Assembly (NCBI RefSeq): GCF_009914755.1
Contig: NC_060929.1
Length of the DNA stretch: 64,000 nucleotides
Source: the human T2T-CHM13v2.0 reference genome, Homo sapiens
Direction: 5' to 3' (one strand)
Made by a program: the position numbers and the translations under genes. This document shows positions 12,901-27,325 of the stretch, one piece after another (within the stretch, counting starts at the first letter, position 1; each line of letters begins with the position of its first letter). Below the pieces are notes generated by a model. The model had not been told where the DNA came from, searched no databases, and saw nothing but the letters and a program-made list of their open reading frames with translations.

Positions 12901-15900
12901 CTGGAATCAGCTAAAAGTATTTTTTTGAAAAAACCCAACAGGTAGACTAATTTGGTGGATGAGTTAAATAAAACTCAAATTATGTTTGCTATTTCACCAT
13001 TTGCTATTCAAGTGTCCAGCAATAAAATAAAAGGTCTGGCCTCTGTTTTAGACAATTCCATGAGTCTAAAGACTAGCAAGACAATTTTATCTGAGATTTA
13101 AGGCAAATTATATGTCAGTGACATTTTTTAAGATAGGCTTTCACTTTAATTAACATATAAAATATGCCTCTTCAAAACCCCAATACATTAGCACAATGAT
13201 TTTATTTCAAACCAGAATGGAGGTAGGCATATTTTGATTGAATTGTACATATTCTTTCCAAAAGAGTGCTTTAAAAACGTGACAAATGCTTCTTTACTGA
13301 AGGAAGAGCACTTCTTTCAAACAGAAATGCAGCACCAATCTGAATATGAAGTTTGGAAGGCAAGCTACATAACGTATTATTTCTTTATTAGAGAATTTAC
13401 TGCTTTAAAATGTGTTAACAGTCATAGGCTGATTCTCAAAGTTTTTGTGGTGACACGGACCTAAGGAATTTTACTGCAATTTGAAATACCTGGGTTCAAT
13501 TCCTTGACTTATAGACATTAAGAGCATTATTTGAATTTTTTGAAAACACAGATTTTACCCAGAGAATCAGACTCAGTAGGTCTGGAGGAGCCTGGGAATC
13601 TATATAAGGGCCAGAGTTATAACTGGGAAACCTGCCAATCAAACCTTTGCCAGGGTGTAATATGTGTTTAGTGGATTCATTTATGAACTGAAACATGATT
13701 GATTTAATGTGCAGTTCTAGTTTCCTAATGGTTTTGACTCTTCCATTTCATTCAAGTGTTAGTTTTGGTTTAAAAAATACTCTCTAAAAATAATTTCCAT
13801 CTTCCCCACACTACCTACCTCTAGAAAGCTGCTTATTCTTTTACATTGATGCAAATATCACCACCTTCAAGTGGCCATTCATCATTATTATAGCTGAACG
13901 TAATCCCTTTTTACACAGAAATTATTCTTCCACAGACTTGATTTTACTAATTTGCATTTTGGTGTGTCTACTTGAGAAATGTGCCTTTAAAATTATTGTG
14001 GAGTCTATTGTAAGATTTTCTTGATAACATTATTACCTGGCATTTTAAAATTACTGTACTAGATATTTGCTATTATTATTATTTGCTATTATTATTAGGT
14101 GTGGTTAGTTTTAATACTATGAATTCTGAAAATCAGTTCATCACCTTTCTCTCTTCACCCTGAATGAAAGTAGATTTGAAGGCAAGTTTGTGGTTGAACT
14201 ATAATAAGGAAGGGAACACCTTTAGGTTTGTCACTGGCCCAACTTTTTGTCTCTTCCATTGCATTGCTTGTCTCCCATTTAATTTATGTAATTTTTTGTC
14301 ACTTAATGAATTGATGGAAGCTGCATGATCTTCCTTCTGGAGAAGGGTAAAGTACGTAAAAATAAGTAAGTACACATGTTTTTCTTTATCCTACTAATCG
14401 AACTGCACACAAATATGAAGGAATTAAAGAATAGCTTAATTTTAGGACACAGCAAATTATAGAAAGTTGGCATTTAAACAGAAGAGTTTGAGAGGGGGAA
14501 AGTATGTATAGAAGACACAGTGGAGGTCACTGTGTGGTAGTAAACAATTTTCTTCTCAATTTGCTTTGCTGTCATTTGAAGAAACATACACATTTTTGTG
14601 CATCTGTCCTTTGTGATCTTCCGTACCATTTTCAGTGGGGTAGATGTTCTTTTTGTGATAGAGGCAGGTGGGGTGAGATTTCAGGATCACTGCATGGCCT
14701 TATAGTAAAACTAGCCTGATAATTTGGAAGCCCAGTGTCACATAATATCAAACAGCCCCTGGGCGTGTTCATTATTGCTTTTCCCGGGAAGTTTTTTGCT
14801 AAAAATGTTAAATTTCTTAAGTGGTGTTTTTAAACTGCTGTCTTATACTGAAATTTTTAACCATAAGAACAACAAAAAACAATCCCCCTTTTATAAATAG
14901 TACTGGATGACTAGAAATAGATTTCCAACCATGAAATCTCTCAAAAGCTCAGAATGTTTTTGCAAACCACAAGAGCATTACTTCTCCACAAGAGCATTAT
15001 GGCTGTGGTTTATAATGTCATCTGGATTTCTTGATTGATTTATAGTGTAGTTATCCAGCCATCTCAATTTATTAGCTTAAGCATTTTTTCTAGACTTAAC
15101 TTACATGTCTGGTCAAATCAAGGCTTCTCTTTAGTTCCCAATAATGCCAAATTGCTTGAATCCTGCAAATTCCACATTAGTGAAAGGTCTCTCAGCTCCC
15201 TCAAGATTTATGTCTCCAACTTTCATTGAACAGAACTATTCAATCAAAAGACTTACACTATGTGAAAATTGGTGACAACCTGTTTTGGTTGGGAGGGCAA
15301 AGCTACCAGAGATGGCAAAGATCTATTGACTGAACACCAGAACTCCTTCCAAATTATACCAAGCCCCACTTGGAGGGGAATTCTGTGTCTGGAACTTAGG
15401 CAGTGAAATGTGAGCACCATACATAAATTTAATTGTCTCCTATTTAGCTCTATTGGTATTTTTTTCTCATGTGCTAATCCTATATTTTCTGGCCATTAGT
15501 AAGTAGAGAAACCAAATAAATCTGCCATTTTAAAATGTGTTACCGTTATACAGTAATTACTAGCAATAGAAACAATTCCAGAACTTATATCCTAGTACAC
15601 AAATAAGTAGGGTAAGAAAACTGTACAGAATAAACTATTAAAATAGTTACTGCACATAATTGCTCAGTAAAATAACGATTTTAGAGTAAAAATGATAATT
15701 GGATAAAACTGTAACAGTATATTTTGATATTCATGGTAGGCATTTAGATAACAACTGTGTAAAACAAAAGGAATCTGGAGATATATTTTAAGAAATTCTC
15801 TAAATATATCAAAATCTTTGTTATTAAGACTCTTCACCTCTTATTTATCATGTTCTTACAAATGTTTTAATTTTAGGTCAGTACTTTTATGTAATCCATT

Positions 15901-18900
15901 TGGAGTTTGAATCCATTTGGGATTTGAATTCTCAGCACACTTGTGTTACAGAGCAAGAGTGATAAATGTTTGGGTGTAGAATCTTACTTTTGGAGTTCTG
16001 ACTCAAAGAACAATTTAACCAAAGAGTAAAATTGGGAATATAATATAGGAAATACTTTTGAACCCTTACTTTCAGAAATTTAATGTAACTTGCACCACCT
16101 TTCCCCAAGTTGCTGACTGAAGTGAAAATTTACGTTTTCTTCATTTCTGATGATAGCAATTATGTCTGTGCTTTTGATGACTTCTCTTAATGTTCTTTAT
16201 TTTAAGCAGTAGATATTTCTTCATTTTGTAATTTTTAGGAAAAGGATTGGGGAGGGCAAAACAGTGAGTCAAATATGGATTTCAAAAGGCAGATATGTAT
16301 CTTTTTGAGATCTTCAAATGCAAATAATCTTTCTGGTCTAAAATCTTAAGTTGTTTAACAGTAAAAAAAAATGTCAAATCTTTTTATGTCTTTCTTAATC
16401 AAATCTGAGATGTTGATATTTCACCGAGACACAGTTTTTAATGGAAGACATGTGCCTATGTTGATTGTAATTTTATATATTTACTAATATTTATGAAAAT
16501 AGATACAGAAAAGGACTTTAACTTTGCAATTTCAAGAGACAAGATAGTTTGTATCAAATTATTTGTATCATAACCACTTATGTAAATTATGTTGACAAGC
16601 ATGCATCAACTTTACAGATATACTGTTATTCTCAGAAGACTGCCTAGTGAAAAGTAAAAATTATGATATAGAAAAAAAGAGAATACATATGGATCAGAAA
16701 GCCAATGCCTGTCCTTAGAGTTAGGGGTTTCTCCTTTTGGCTATAACCTTTGAGCATCCAGTCTCAGCTTTTTATACCAAGGGGATATTTTCACAGACTT
16801 TGTGTCACTGAATCTGATCATAGCCTACTTGCTGACTGTTAAACATCTTATGCTGGGAATGAGATCTTATTATTCTTCACACTCTTACTTTTCTATAGTA
16901 TCTATACCTTGCATCTTTTCTTAAATTTCTGGACATAAGAAGGGCCTCATTAATACGTGGCTCTGTAGATCTTATTGGCTTCATTATACACGTCATTTAG
17001 CATTTCTTTTCTAATGGGTGAGACAACCCATAAGGAAGCAGGATTAGCATTTCGTATGGTTAAATGTCTTCACAATGTCAATACCAATAAATATCTGTTG
17101 AAATCTAGGACTGGATAGAATCTAGTATTGTAAATTCTAAGCATGAGCCTTGGGCCAGTATCTTAACCTCTCTAAGCTTCAGCTTCCTTGTCTTGCTACA
17201 TGGGCATAATGCTGACCTCATATATTGCTATATTAAATATGACAAAAGTTCTAACCATATCTGCCACATAGAAATTTCTCAATGGTTGTCTTCCCTACTT
17301 CCACAGCCAGCCAGATACATGACATTTATGACAATTACCACTTTTTGTGCTTGATATTAAAAGTTTAGTGATCTCTGCTTTATGTGTTTGTATTTTATTT
17401 ATTTATGAATACAATTTTTGAAGGTAGAAGTTTATATTTCTTTGTGCTTACCATGTCATATTAACAGAGTGTTGAGTAGTGTTGGGTGCATGGTAAATGT
17501 TGAACACAGCTGCTTACTGATTGGTTGACATAAGCCAAAACTTCTTAAAACTAACACTTTTGATATAAAACCGTGCCCAGGTGTGTGCTCATTAACATGG
17601 GTAATTAAGAGTTGCCCATTAAAATCACATCTCTAATAGTAACTACATTGGGGTAGAGAGGATAAAAGTTATGACTACAGAGGAAGAAATAACTAATTAA
17701 GTAGTTGTTAAACCGGAAAATGTTTTAAGCTGCATTATTGCATATCCTCTAAGCAAGTTAGAAATATTGCCATTTCCAGTAATGGGCTTTCCTCTGCTTG
17801 TGTGGGTAATTATGTCACACAGAATTGGAGATGCTGCCAGGGATGTTGGGATGAAATTGTCACTGGGGATTTATCTAAGAGGAATCATCTAGAGGAAATT
17901 TAAAATTTTTTAATTCACTGAAACAATCATATCAGTTACACATATTTTTCTCTTGGTTTTATACCATAGGGTTTTAAAGACGATAACTTCTAATTCATAT
18001 AATAAAGCATGCAATTTATGATTTTCCAAATGTATTGAGAATATTTATTTATTTTGTAATGGTATTTATTTCTTAACAAGCTCTCTGCCTCATAATCGAA
18101 GTCCTATTATAAATAACCCATAAGTTGCTTTCACATAGAATATAACTTAAACATCATTTTATTTACTCAGCAATAAGTCTTTAATATTTTCTCTTCACAG
18201 GCTAGAAATATAGTGTATATATGTCTTAACAAAGACAAGAAAGGTAAATTCATAATACAATACAGACACTAATAATACAAAAATTCATAGACCACCTTTT
18301 TTGGTAAATTGTCCTTATGTCTGCCAATAATATTATTAAAGGTTAATGTAAACTCTAGGGTGAGATGTTAGGCTTACCTATGACAGATTGGAAAGAGGAT
18401 TCTGGAACATTTCAAAGGTAAAAGAAAATAGGACTTGACAGATTAAAGAGCTCTGAGCTGTGCTCACCTTTCTCAAACTGCCCTTTATCAGATGGATTAA
18501 TGCGTTCTTACCATTGAAAAAGACAGGCTGCTACCCAAGACAGTAACCAAAGAGATTGCTGACTGTGACCTGGCATTAGTAGAAGAAGAACGGGAAATGT
18601 TTATTTCCCTGTCACTATACTGAAAGAAATAGACAGCTTGAGGCCTGTGGCTTATCTTAAAATAGCTTCTTTAACACAAAGAAACAAGTTGGAAAGTAAC
18701 AATACAGGAAATGTAAAGGCTACATACCTAAAACTTGAGGCATCTGTCCAAAGAGCATATTTACTTGGTAAATTCAAGTTACTCTGCAATTTAGACTTAT
18801 TTTTAATATGAATGGAGTAGGTCAGACTCCTTTCTGGTTTAGTCAAACTTGAAAAAGTCTTTCTGTTTGATTATCTTCTTAATTTATCGATTAGAATATT

Positions 18901-18909
18901 TTAAAACTT

Positions 18910-19495
18910 CTTATATGAACATTATTAAGTTATACATTTCATAAAATTAAATGCATGTATTTTAAGTGTACGGCTTCCTGAGTTTTCAAAACACATATAT
19001 CCCTATATAAACAACATCCTGGTAAGTATATAGCGCAAGTCTGTCATCCCCTCAAATTATCTTATGCCTTTTGAACTCAATCTTACTCCTTTATCCCTGG
19101 CCGCAGGTAAATACTGATCAGCTTGGTTTCACTAAATTATTAAATTTGCCTCCTCTAGATTTCACATAAATAAAAGTATCCAATGTGTTCTCTTTTGTGT
19201 CTGACTTGTTTTTCTCAGTATGTTTTCTAACATTATCCATGTTGTGTAATTAGTAGTTTGTTTCATTTGGATTGCTGAGCATTAATCCCATTATATGAGG
19301 GTTGCACAACTTGTTTACAGATTCACTCTGGTACACACTGGTTGTTTCCAGCTTCTTACTATTATGAATAAAACTGCTGTAAGTGTACACATCTTTTTGT
19401 GGACATATCTTTTTATTTTTAGGGTAATTCACTAGGAGAGGATTTGCTGGGTCAAATGTATATATGTATTTCAGCTATGTGTAGAAGTAACCACA
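18910..19495 (-). mobile_element. Old L1M (L1MB/MC/ME-type) 3' fragment
   Basis: Reverse-strand L1M 3' motifs such as 'tttaagtgtac', 'gttgtttccagcttcttactattatgaataaaactgctg', 'ttgctgggtcaaatgta'. Confidence 0.7.
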
Positions 19496-19499
19496 CTCC

Positions 19500-20725
19500 T
19501 ATCTTCTATACATACTCTGAAATCTGGGTGTTTTTCAAACCCCAATTCTTGACTTTTGTGCATTTGCAGGCTCAAAAACACATGGAAGCTGCCAAGGCTT
19601 GGGGCTTCCACCCTCTGAAGCCATGGCCTGAGCTCTACATTGGCCCCTTTCAGCAAGGGCAAGAGCAGCTGGGATGCAGGGCACCAAGTCACTAGGGTGC
19701 ACATAGCACAGGGACTCTCTGAGCCTGGCCCATGAAACCATTTTCCCTCCAAGACCTCCAGGCCTATGATGGGAGGGGCTGCCTTGAAGACCTCTGACAT
19801 GCCCTGGAGACATTTTCCCCATTGTGTTGGGGAATAACATTCAGCTCCTTGGTTGCTTATGCAAATTTCAGCAGCTGGCTTGAATTTCTCCTTAGAAAAT
19901 GGGATTTCTTTTCTATCACATTGTCAGGCTGCAAATTTTCCAAATTTTTATGCTCTGCTTCCCTTATAAAACTGAATGCCTTAACAGCATCCAAGTCACG
20001 TCTTGAATGTTTTGCTGCTTAGAAATTCCTTCCACCAGATACCCTAAATCATCTCCCTCAAATTTAAAGTTCCACAAATCTCTAGTGCAGGGGCAAAATG
20101 CCACCAGTCTCTTTACTAAAACATAACAAGAGTCACCTTTGCTCCACTTTCCAACAAGTTTCTAATTTCCATCAGAGACTACCATAGCCTGGACTTTATT
20201 GTCCATATCACTATCAGCATTTGGGCACAGCCATTTGACAAGTCTTTAGGAGGTTCCAAACTTTCCCACATATTCCTGTCTTCTTCTGAGCCCTCTAAAC
20301 TGTTCCAACTGCTGCCTGTTACCCAGTTCCAAAGTCACTTCCACATTTTCAGTTATGTTTACAGCAGCACTCCTCACTCTACTGGTACCAATTTACTGTA
20401 TTAGTCCATTTTCATGCTTCTAATAAAGCATACCAAGACTGGGTAATTTATACAAGAAAGAGGTTCAATGGACTCACAGTTCCACATGGTTGGGGAGGCC
20501 TCACAATCAGGGCAGAAGGCAAGGAGGAGCAAGTCACATCTTACATGGATGGTAGCAAGCAAAAAAAAGAGCTTGTGCAGGGAAACTCCCCCTTATAAAA
20601 CCATCAAATCTTGTGAAATTTAATCACGATCATGAGAACAGCACAGGAAAGACCTGCCCCCATAATTCAATTACCCCCCCACTGGGTTCCTCACACAACA
20701 TGTGGGAATTGTGGGAACTAAAATC
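19500..20725 (-). mobile_element. Truncated THE1 (MaLR) element: partial internal region plus 5' LTR (20397-20725, THE1B-like)
   Basis: 'atttac|tgtattagtcc' is the reverse internal/LTR junction; the LTR stops ~40 bp short of its tgatatgg terminus; internal part homologous to ~21085-22010. Confidence 0.88.
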
Positions 20726-20730
20726 ATAGG

Positions 20731-23045
20731 TGATATGGTTTGACCATATCCCCACCCAAATCTCACCTTGAGTTATAATAATCCCCAACATCAAGGACAG
20801 AGCCAGGTGGAGATAATGGAATCTTGAGGGCAGTTTTCCCCATACTGTTCTCAGGGTAGTGAATAAGTCTCATGAAATCTAATGGTTTTATGAATGAGAG
20901 TTCTCCTGAACAAGCTCTCTTTCCTGTACGAGGTAAGATGTGACTTTGCTCCTCATTCACCTTCTGCCATGATTGTGAGGTCTCCCCAGCCATGGGGAAC
21001 TGTGAGTCAATTAAGCCTCTTTCCCCTGTAAATTACCCAGTCTCAGGTATGTCTCTATCAGCAGCATGAAACTGGACTAATACAGTGAAATGGTATCAGT
21101 AGAGTGGGGCACTACTGTAAAGATAACCAAAAATGTGAAAGCAACTTTGAAACTAGGTAACAGGCAGGGGTGGAACAGTTTGGAGGGCTCAGAAGAAGAA
21201 AGGAAGGTGTGGGGAAGTTTGGAACTTCCTAGAGACTTCTTGAATGGTTTTGACCAAAATGCTGATAGTGATACAGACAATAAAGTCCAGGCTGAGGTGG
21301 TCTCAGATGGAGATAAGAAACTCGTTGGGAACTGGAGCAAAGGTGACTCTTGCTATGTTTCAGCAGACACTGGCAGTATGTTGCCCTTGCCTAAGAAATT
21401 TGTGGAACTTTAAACTTGAGAGAGATGATTTAGGACATCTGGCAGAAGACATTTTTAAGTAGCAAAGCATTCAAGAAGTGCCTTGGGTGCTGTTAAAAGC
21501 ATTCATTTTTATGCATTCACAAAAATATAGTTTGGAATTGGAACTTATGTTTAAAAGGGAAGCAGAGAATAAAAGTTTGGAAAATGTGCAACCTGATGAT
21601 GTGATAAAAAAGGAAAAACCTATTTTCTAAGGAGAAATTCAAGTCAGCTGCAGAAATTTGCATAAGTAACAAAGAGCCAAATATTAATCATCAAGACAGT
21701 GAGAAAAATGTCTCCAGGGCATGTCAGAGGTCTTCATGGTCAGCCCTTCTATCACATGCCTGGAGGCCTAGGAGGGAAAATGCTTTCATAGGTCAGAACC
21801 AGTGCCTTGCTGCTTTGTGCAGTCTTGGACTTCGTGACCTGCATCCCAGCTGTGGTTAAAGGGGCCAACATAGCGCTCAGGCTATTGCTTCAGAGGTTGC
21901 AAGCCCCAAGGCTATGTGGCTTCCACATGGTGTTGGGTCTGTGGGTGCACAGAATTCAAGAGTTGAAGCTTGGGAACCTCCACCTAGATTTCAGAGAATG
22001 TATGGAAATGCCTGAATGTCCAGGCAGAAGTCTGCTGCAGAGGTGGAGCCCCCATGGAGAACATCTGCTGGGGCAGTGCAAAAGAGAAATGTGGGGTTGA
22101 AGCCCTCATACAGAGTCCCCACTGGGGCACTGCCTCGTGGAGCTGTGAGAAGAGGGCCACTGTCCTCCAGACCCCAGAATGGTAGCTACACTGAGAGCTT
22201 GCACCGTCCACCTGGAAAAGCTGCAGACACTCAGTGCCAGCCCATGAAAGCAGCCAGGAGGGAGGCTGTACTCTGCAAAGCCACAGGGTCAGAGCTTTCC
22301 AAGGCCATAGAAGCCCACCAGTTGCATCACCATGACCTGGATATGAGACATGCAGTCAAAGGTGATCATTTTGGAACTTTAAGATCTGAGTGCCCTGTTG
22401 GATTTCAGACATGCACAGGGCTTGTATCCCCCTTCATTTTGGCCAATTTCTCCCATTTGGAACAGGTGTATTTACCCAGTGCCTGTACCTTCATTGTATC
22501 TTGGAAATAACTAACTGCCTTTTGATTTTACAGGCTCATAGGCAGAAGGGACTTGCCTTGTCTCAGATAAGACTTTGGATGGTGGACTTTGAGTTAATGC
22601 TAAAATGAGTTAAGACTTTGGGGGACTGTTGGGAAGACATATCTAGTTTTGAAATGTGAGGACATGAGATTTGGGAGGGGCCAGCGTGGAGTGATATGGT
22701 TTGGCTGTCCCCCATCCAAATCTCACCTTGAATAGTAATAATCCCCACATCTCAAGGGTGGGAACAGGTGGAGATAACTGAATCACAGGGGCAGTTTCCC
22801 TTATACTGTTCTCATGATAGTGAAGATGTCTCATGAGATATGATGATTTTATAAATGAGAGTTCCCCTGAAGAAGCTCTCCTGACTGCTGCATGTAAGAC
22901 ATGCCTTTCCTCCTCATTTACCTTCCACCATGATTGTGAGGCCTCCCCAGCCATGTGGAACTGTGAATCAATTAAACTTCTTTTCTTTTTAAATTACCCA
23001 GTCTCAGGTATGTCTTTATTATCAGCATGAGAACAGACTAATACA
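20731..23045 (+). mobile_element. Full-length THE1 MaLR element (5' LTR 20731-21084, internal region, 3' LTR 22692-23045)
   Basis: Both LTRs run tgatatggttt...actaataca; ~1.6-kb THE1 internal region; perfect 5-bp TSD ATAGG at 20726-20730 and 23046-23050. Confidence 0.95.
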
Positions 23046-23812
23046 ATAGGTAAAAACTTACTAGTGCCATTTTGTTCATTGTTTTCTGGTTGGTTTGTAT
23101 CATGTTTACACACAACAACTGAGGAGCTTGGAGAGCCTAAGTAACTTGCTCACTAACCACAAAGCCAATAAATTGTAGTGTGAGGATTTGAAACCAGGCA
23201 GGGAGCTCTGTAACTGGTATGCTGGCCTGTTCTACTTTTCTCGCTTGTTACCTTTTGGTGTTCAGATTGTTGTGGGTGAGCAAGCAGCAGAACTGCACTA
23301 GATTCCATGTTTGTCTCTTTTCCTAAATTTTGACCTATTTCATTTGTGTTGTTGTCATGAAACTGCAGCTTCTTATCTTCACCTGCCACAAACCTGCTCA
23401 TAGCCACAGACTTCAAATGCATTGTACTCTTTGACCTTATTTTTCTATTGCTTCTCAGACTTCATGGTCTCTTGCTTTCTCATCTATTTTGGAGTTGTTT
23501 TGGAAAGCAAAATTTTCCAAAATTATTTTAAGGCAACTTTATTATGTCATTTATTCACAGGAAACAAAAATAACATTTAGGATTTCTGACACACTTTTAG
23601 ATAAATTTTTTTACAAATTTTGACAGAAAAGAACTTACTGTTTAAATATATTCCTACCTCAATTCTAAAGAAATATTCACTACTTCAAAATGAAATTTAA
23701 GACCTTTAAGATTTTTAAATGTTAGAATCATTTTTTATATACTAAGAAACATCTAGATAAGCAGAAAGCTAATATGAAAGTGTTTAGTGGCTCTCTAGTA
23801 ACCCCTAAAATA

Positions 23813-26005
23813 TAGTTGACCCTTGAGAAACATGAGGTTAGAGGGACTGACCCCCACCATAACCCCTCAAAAACTTACCTATTAATAGCTTACTGTTGAC
23901 CAGACATCTTACTGATGTATAGAGTTGATTAACACAAATATTGTATGTTATATGCATTAAGTACTCTGTTCTTACAATGAAGTAAGCTGGGAAAAATAAA
24001 ATGTTACTAAGAAAATCACAAGAAACAGAAAATATACTTACTATTCATTATGTGGGAAAAGGTCATTACAAAGGTCTTCATCCTCATTATATTCACGTTG
24101 AGTAGGCTGAGAGGAGGAAGGGCAAAGTCTGGTCTTGCTGTCTCAGGAGTGGCAGAGGTGGAAAAGATGGAGGAGGTGGAAGAGGAAGCAGGAGAAAGAG
24201 ACAGTCAGTAGAAATTTATGGAAATACATCATAACTTCCATCTTACTTTTTGCTTTTAAATTTCCCTAAAAATATTTCTACATGATATCAGTCCTACTTC
24301 CCTGCTGGGTTGGTTTCAGTGCCTGTGTCATAGAAGGGTCCTTGAAATAAAATTAAAAAAACTCAAAAGCAGTCTTGAATAATTAGAACACTTTTGCCAG
24401 ATTATCTAATGCCAATTTGTTTCTGGCAGATTCTTCTATGTCTTCTTTCTCATTGTCTGGCACTGGTTTGGAAGCACTCATCTCCATCAAATCATCTTCT
24501 GTTAAATCCTCTGGTGTGGTGTCTATTAGCTCTTGAATTTCTCCAAGATCCATAATTTGAAACGTTTACCCCCTACCTTTTTGCTATATCCACAATCTCT
24601 TTTATGATATCCTTGATTGGCTCTGTCATAAATCCTGTGAAGTCATGCACAACATCTGGACACAGTTTTCTCCAGCAGGAATTTATTGTTTCAGGCATGA
24701 TGGCTTTCACGGCTTTTTCTATAAAAAGAATGCCATCTTCAATGGTGTAATCCTTCCAGACTTTCATGATGCTCTCACTATTGAGGTTCTCTTGCATAGA
24801 ACTGACAATTCTTTCCATTCAGTGCTGTGTGTAATGAGCCTTTAAAGTCCTTGTGACCCCTTCATGCAGAGGCTGAATTAAACATTGTGTTTAGGGGCAA
24901 GTAGACCACTTCCACATCTTTGGTGTTAAACTCATGGGATTCTGGATGGACAGGGGCATTGTCTAATATTCAAAGAACTTTAAAAGGCATTCCTTACCAG
25001 TAAGGTACTTCCTGACCCTAAGAACAAAGCATCGATGAAACCAATCCAGAAAAACTGTTCTCTCATTATCCAAGCCTTCTTGTTGTACGACCAAAAGTTT
25101 GGCAGCTGGTGTTCGTCTTTCCCTTCAAGGCTCCAGGGTTAGCAGCTTTATAGACAAGGGCAGTCCTGATTATAAACCTGACTGCATTTCCAGAAAATAG
25201 TAAAGTTAGCCTATCCCTCTCTACCTTAAATCCTGGTGCTCTCTTCCCTTCTTTATTAATAAATGCCTTTTGTGGTATTTTTTTCCAGCATGAGACACAT
25301 TCATCTGCATTAAGTACCCTGCCAGCAGATATTCTCTCTTCTCAATGATTTTTTAAATGGCATCTGGGAACTTGTCTGCTGCCTCTTATTTGACAGAAGC
25401 TGCTTCTCCTGTTATCTTGAGTTTTTTTTTAAACCAAACCTCTTCCTAAAATTATCAAACTATCTTTTACTGGCATTAAATTTTCTAGCTTTAGATCATT
25501 CACCTTCTTTTTGCTTTAAAGTGTCAGATAATGATCTTGTTTTTCCTTGACCTATATTAGCATCTATTCTCATGCCTTTCTTAGACCAATTCTGCATCCA
25601 CATAAAAGTTGCATTTTCAATACAAGATTAAAAGATATTTTACAAAAAGTACAAGGGTTGTTTACCTGCTGGCATAGCTGCAGCAATGGCTACATGCATT
25701 TCCTTTTCTTTTTTAACAATGGACCTAATGATGGATTTATTTATCTCAAAATGGTGGGTAATCATAGCTGCAGATCTCAACCTGTGGTACATATCAAGCA
25801 ATTCAACTGTTTCTTGTAATGTTATGACTTTTCTCTGCTTCTTGGGAGCACTTCCAGCATCACTAGTCATATAGGTCCCATGGTGTTAGTCAAGGTTTAC
25901 AGTGTTACACTTAACATTATAAAAAATATGTAAGAATTGAGAGTCATCACTTTTATTGCAATATGCAATTTACTGGAAAGACAAATTGCTCATGTGGATA
26001 TGATT
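23813..26005 (-). mobile_element. Tigger2 (Tc1/mariner-pogo) DNA transposon, near full length, decayed transposase
   Basis: TA plus TIR-like 'tagttgacccttgagaaacatg' at the left end; minus ORFs 25640-25870 (PKKQRKVITLQETVELLDMY, CENP-B-type N-terminal HTH) and 24573-24818 (WKDYTIED...INSCWRKL, DDE-domain C-terminal part); other TIR not found. Confidence 0.88.
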
Positions 26006-27035
26006 TTTTATGTGTTAACTCCTGTCTCTAAAATACACACACACACACACATCCCACTCATTATGACCACATTGAACTCTGCAGTTTATTCCTGAATGTG
26101 TCATCTTTTTCAGGCAGGCATATGTTTGAAAACACTTAGTCCTCAGCCTTTTCTTATTTTCTCAGAGATCCTGTCCATGTTGTAAGACCCAGTTCAAATG
26201 TCACCATCTACATATTTTGATGTCAGTTTCTGCTTGCTATTGATTCCCATGAATAGCCATTCTCACTCTATATTGAATTAAACAAAAGAGAGGTTTCTGA
26301 CCAGAAATATATAATTTTGGGGGGAGTTCATTTGAGTTAACTATTTGTCATGAAATCTTTTGTTGCTTTCAAGGCACAACAATGAAATTGGCTTCTACTT
26401 ATGCCTATGTTCCATGCTACAGATGGGAAGAAGCACAGTTCATTAAGGTAGGATGTCTGATCTAATATCAGATGAGTAAAAAAATCTGCATTAGAGTGAA
26501 AAACGAGCCTGTACTATGACTCGAACATTTGATGAATTTATAGGATTACTGACTGTGCAATTCGTACTGGCACCATCACTGGCTGTTCAGAGATTTATAT
26601 TTCCTGAAAGGAATTAATAGGTTTAGGAGGGCATTGCTGATGAAATTGCAGATACCCAATTCCAAGCCTACATAATGGGCATGGAATTAGTGTATATTAA
26701 ATCACCTCTCACGGTGATTTAATATAAAAGGAGGTGATTGAGTATAAGAGGAATAATGGTAATATTAGGATGTTTGAGGATTCTAAAGTACATCAGTGAA
26801 GGCAAGATTATGTTATAGTTGTTTTCATTTGGAAAATGAAAAGGAGTAAAAATAAAATATAAACCTTGGAGTCTAAACCTTGATGAAATTTAAGTCTCCC
26901 CTGTTCTGGAAAAGAAGAGGAGAAATTTAACATGTATAAGGAGAAATTTAACATGTGTAACAAAATACATTTTCAAATTGATTCCAACTGATGTGCTTGT
27001 CTCACCATTGCATAACTCTGTAACATGTAATAATG

Positions 27036-27325
27036 TTTTTCTAGACAGTCTCTCACTCTGTCACCCAGGCTGGAGTACAATGGCACAATGATAGCTCACT
27101 GTGACCTTGAACTCCTGGGCTCAAGTGATCCTCCTGTCTCAGACTTGAGTAGCTAGGACTAAAGGCATGAGCCACCATATTCAGCTAATTTTTTTTAAAA
27201 AAAATTTCAGAGGCAGCATCTTACAATGTTCCCCAGGCTATTCTAGAACTTTTGGCCTCAAACGAATCTCCCACCTTGGCCTCCCAAAGCATTGGGATTA
27301 CAGGCATAAACCACTGCACCTGGCC
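27036..27325 (-). mobile_element. AluJ-type element
   Basis: Diverged reverse Alu with 'gaactcctgggctcaagtgatcctcc'; short residual T tail. Confidence 0.9.

Noticed and set aside
22016-22510. 164-aa ORF in the THE1 internal region
   Set aside because: A remnant of the MaLR internal reading frame, disrupted elsewhere; not a host gene.
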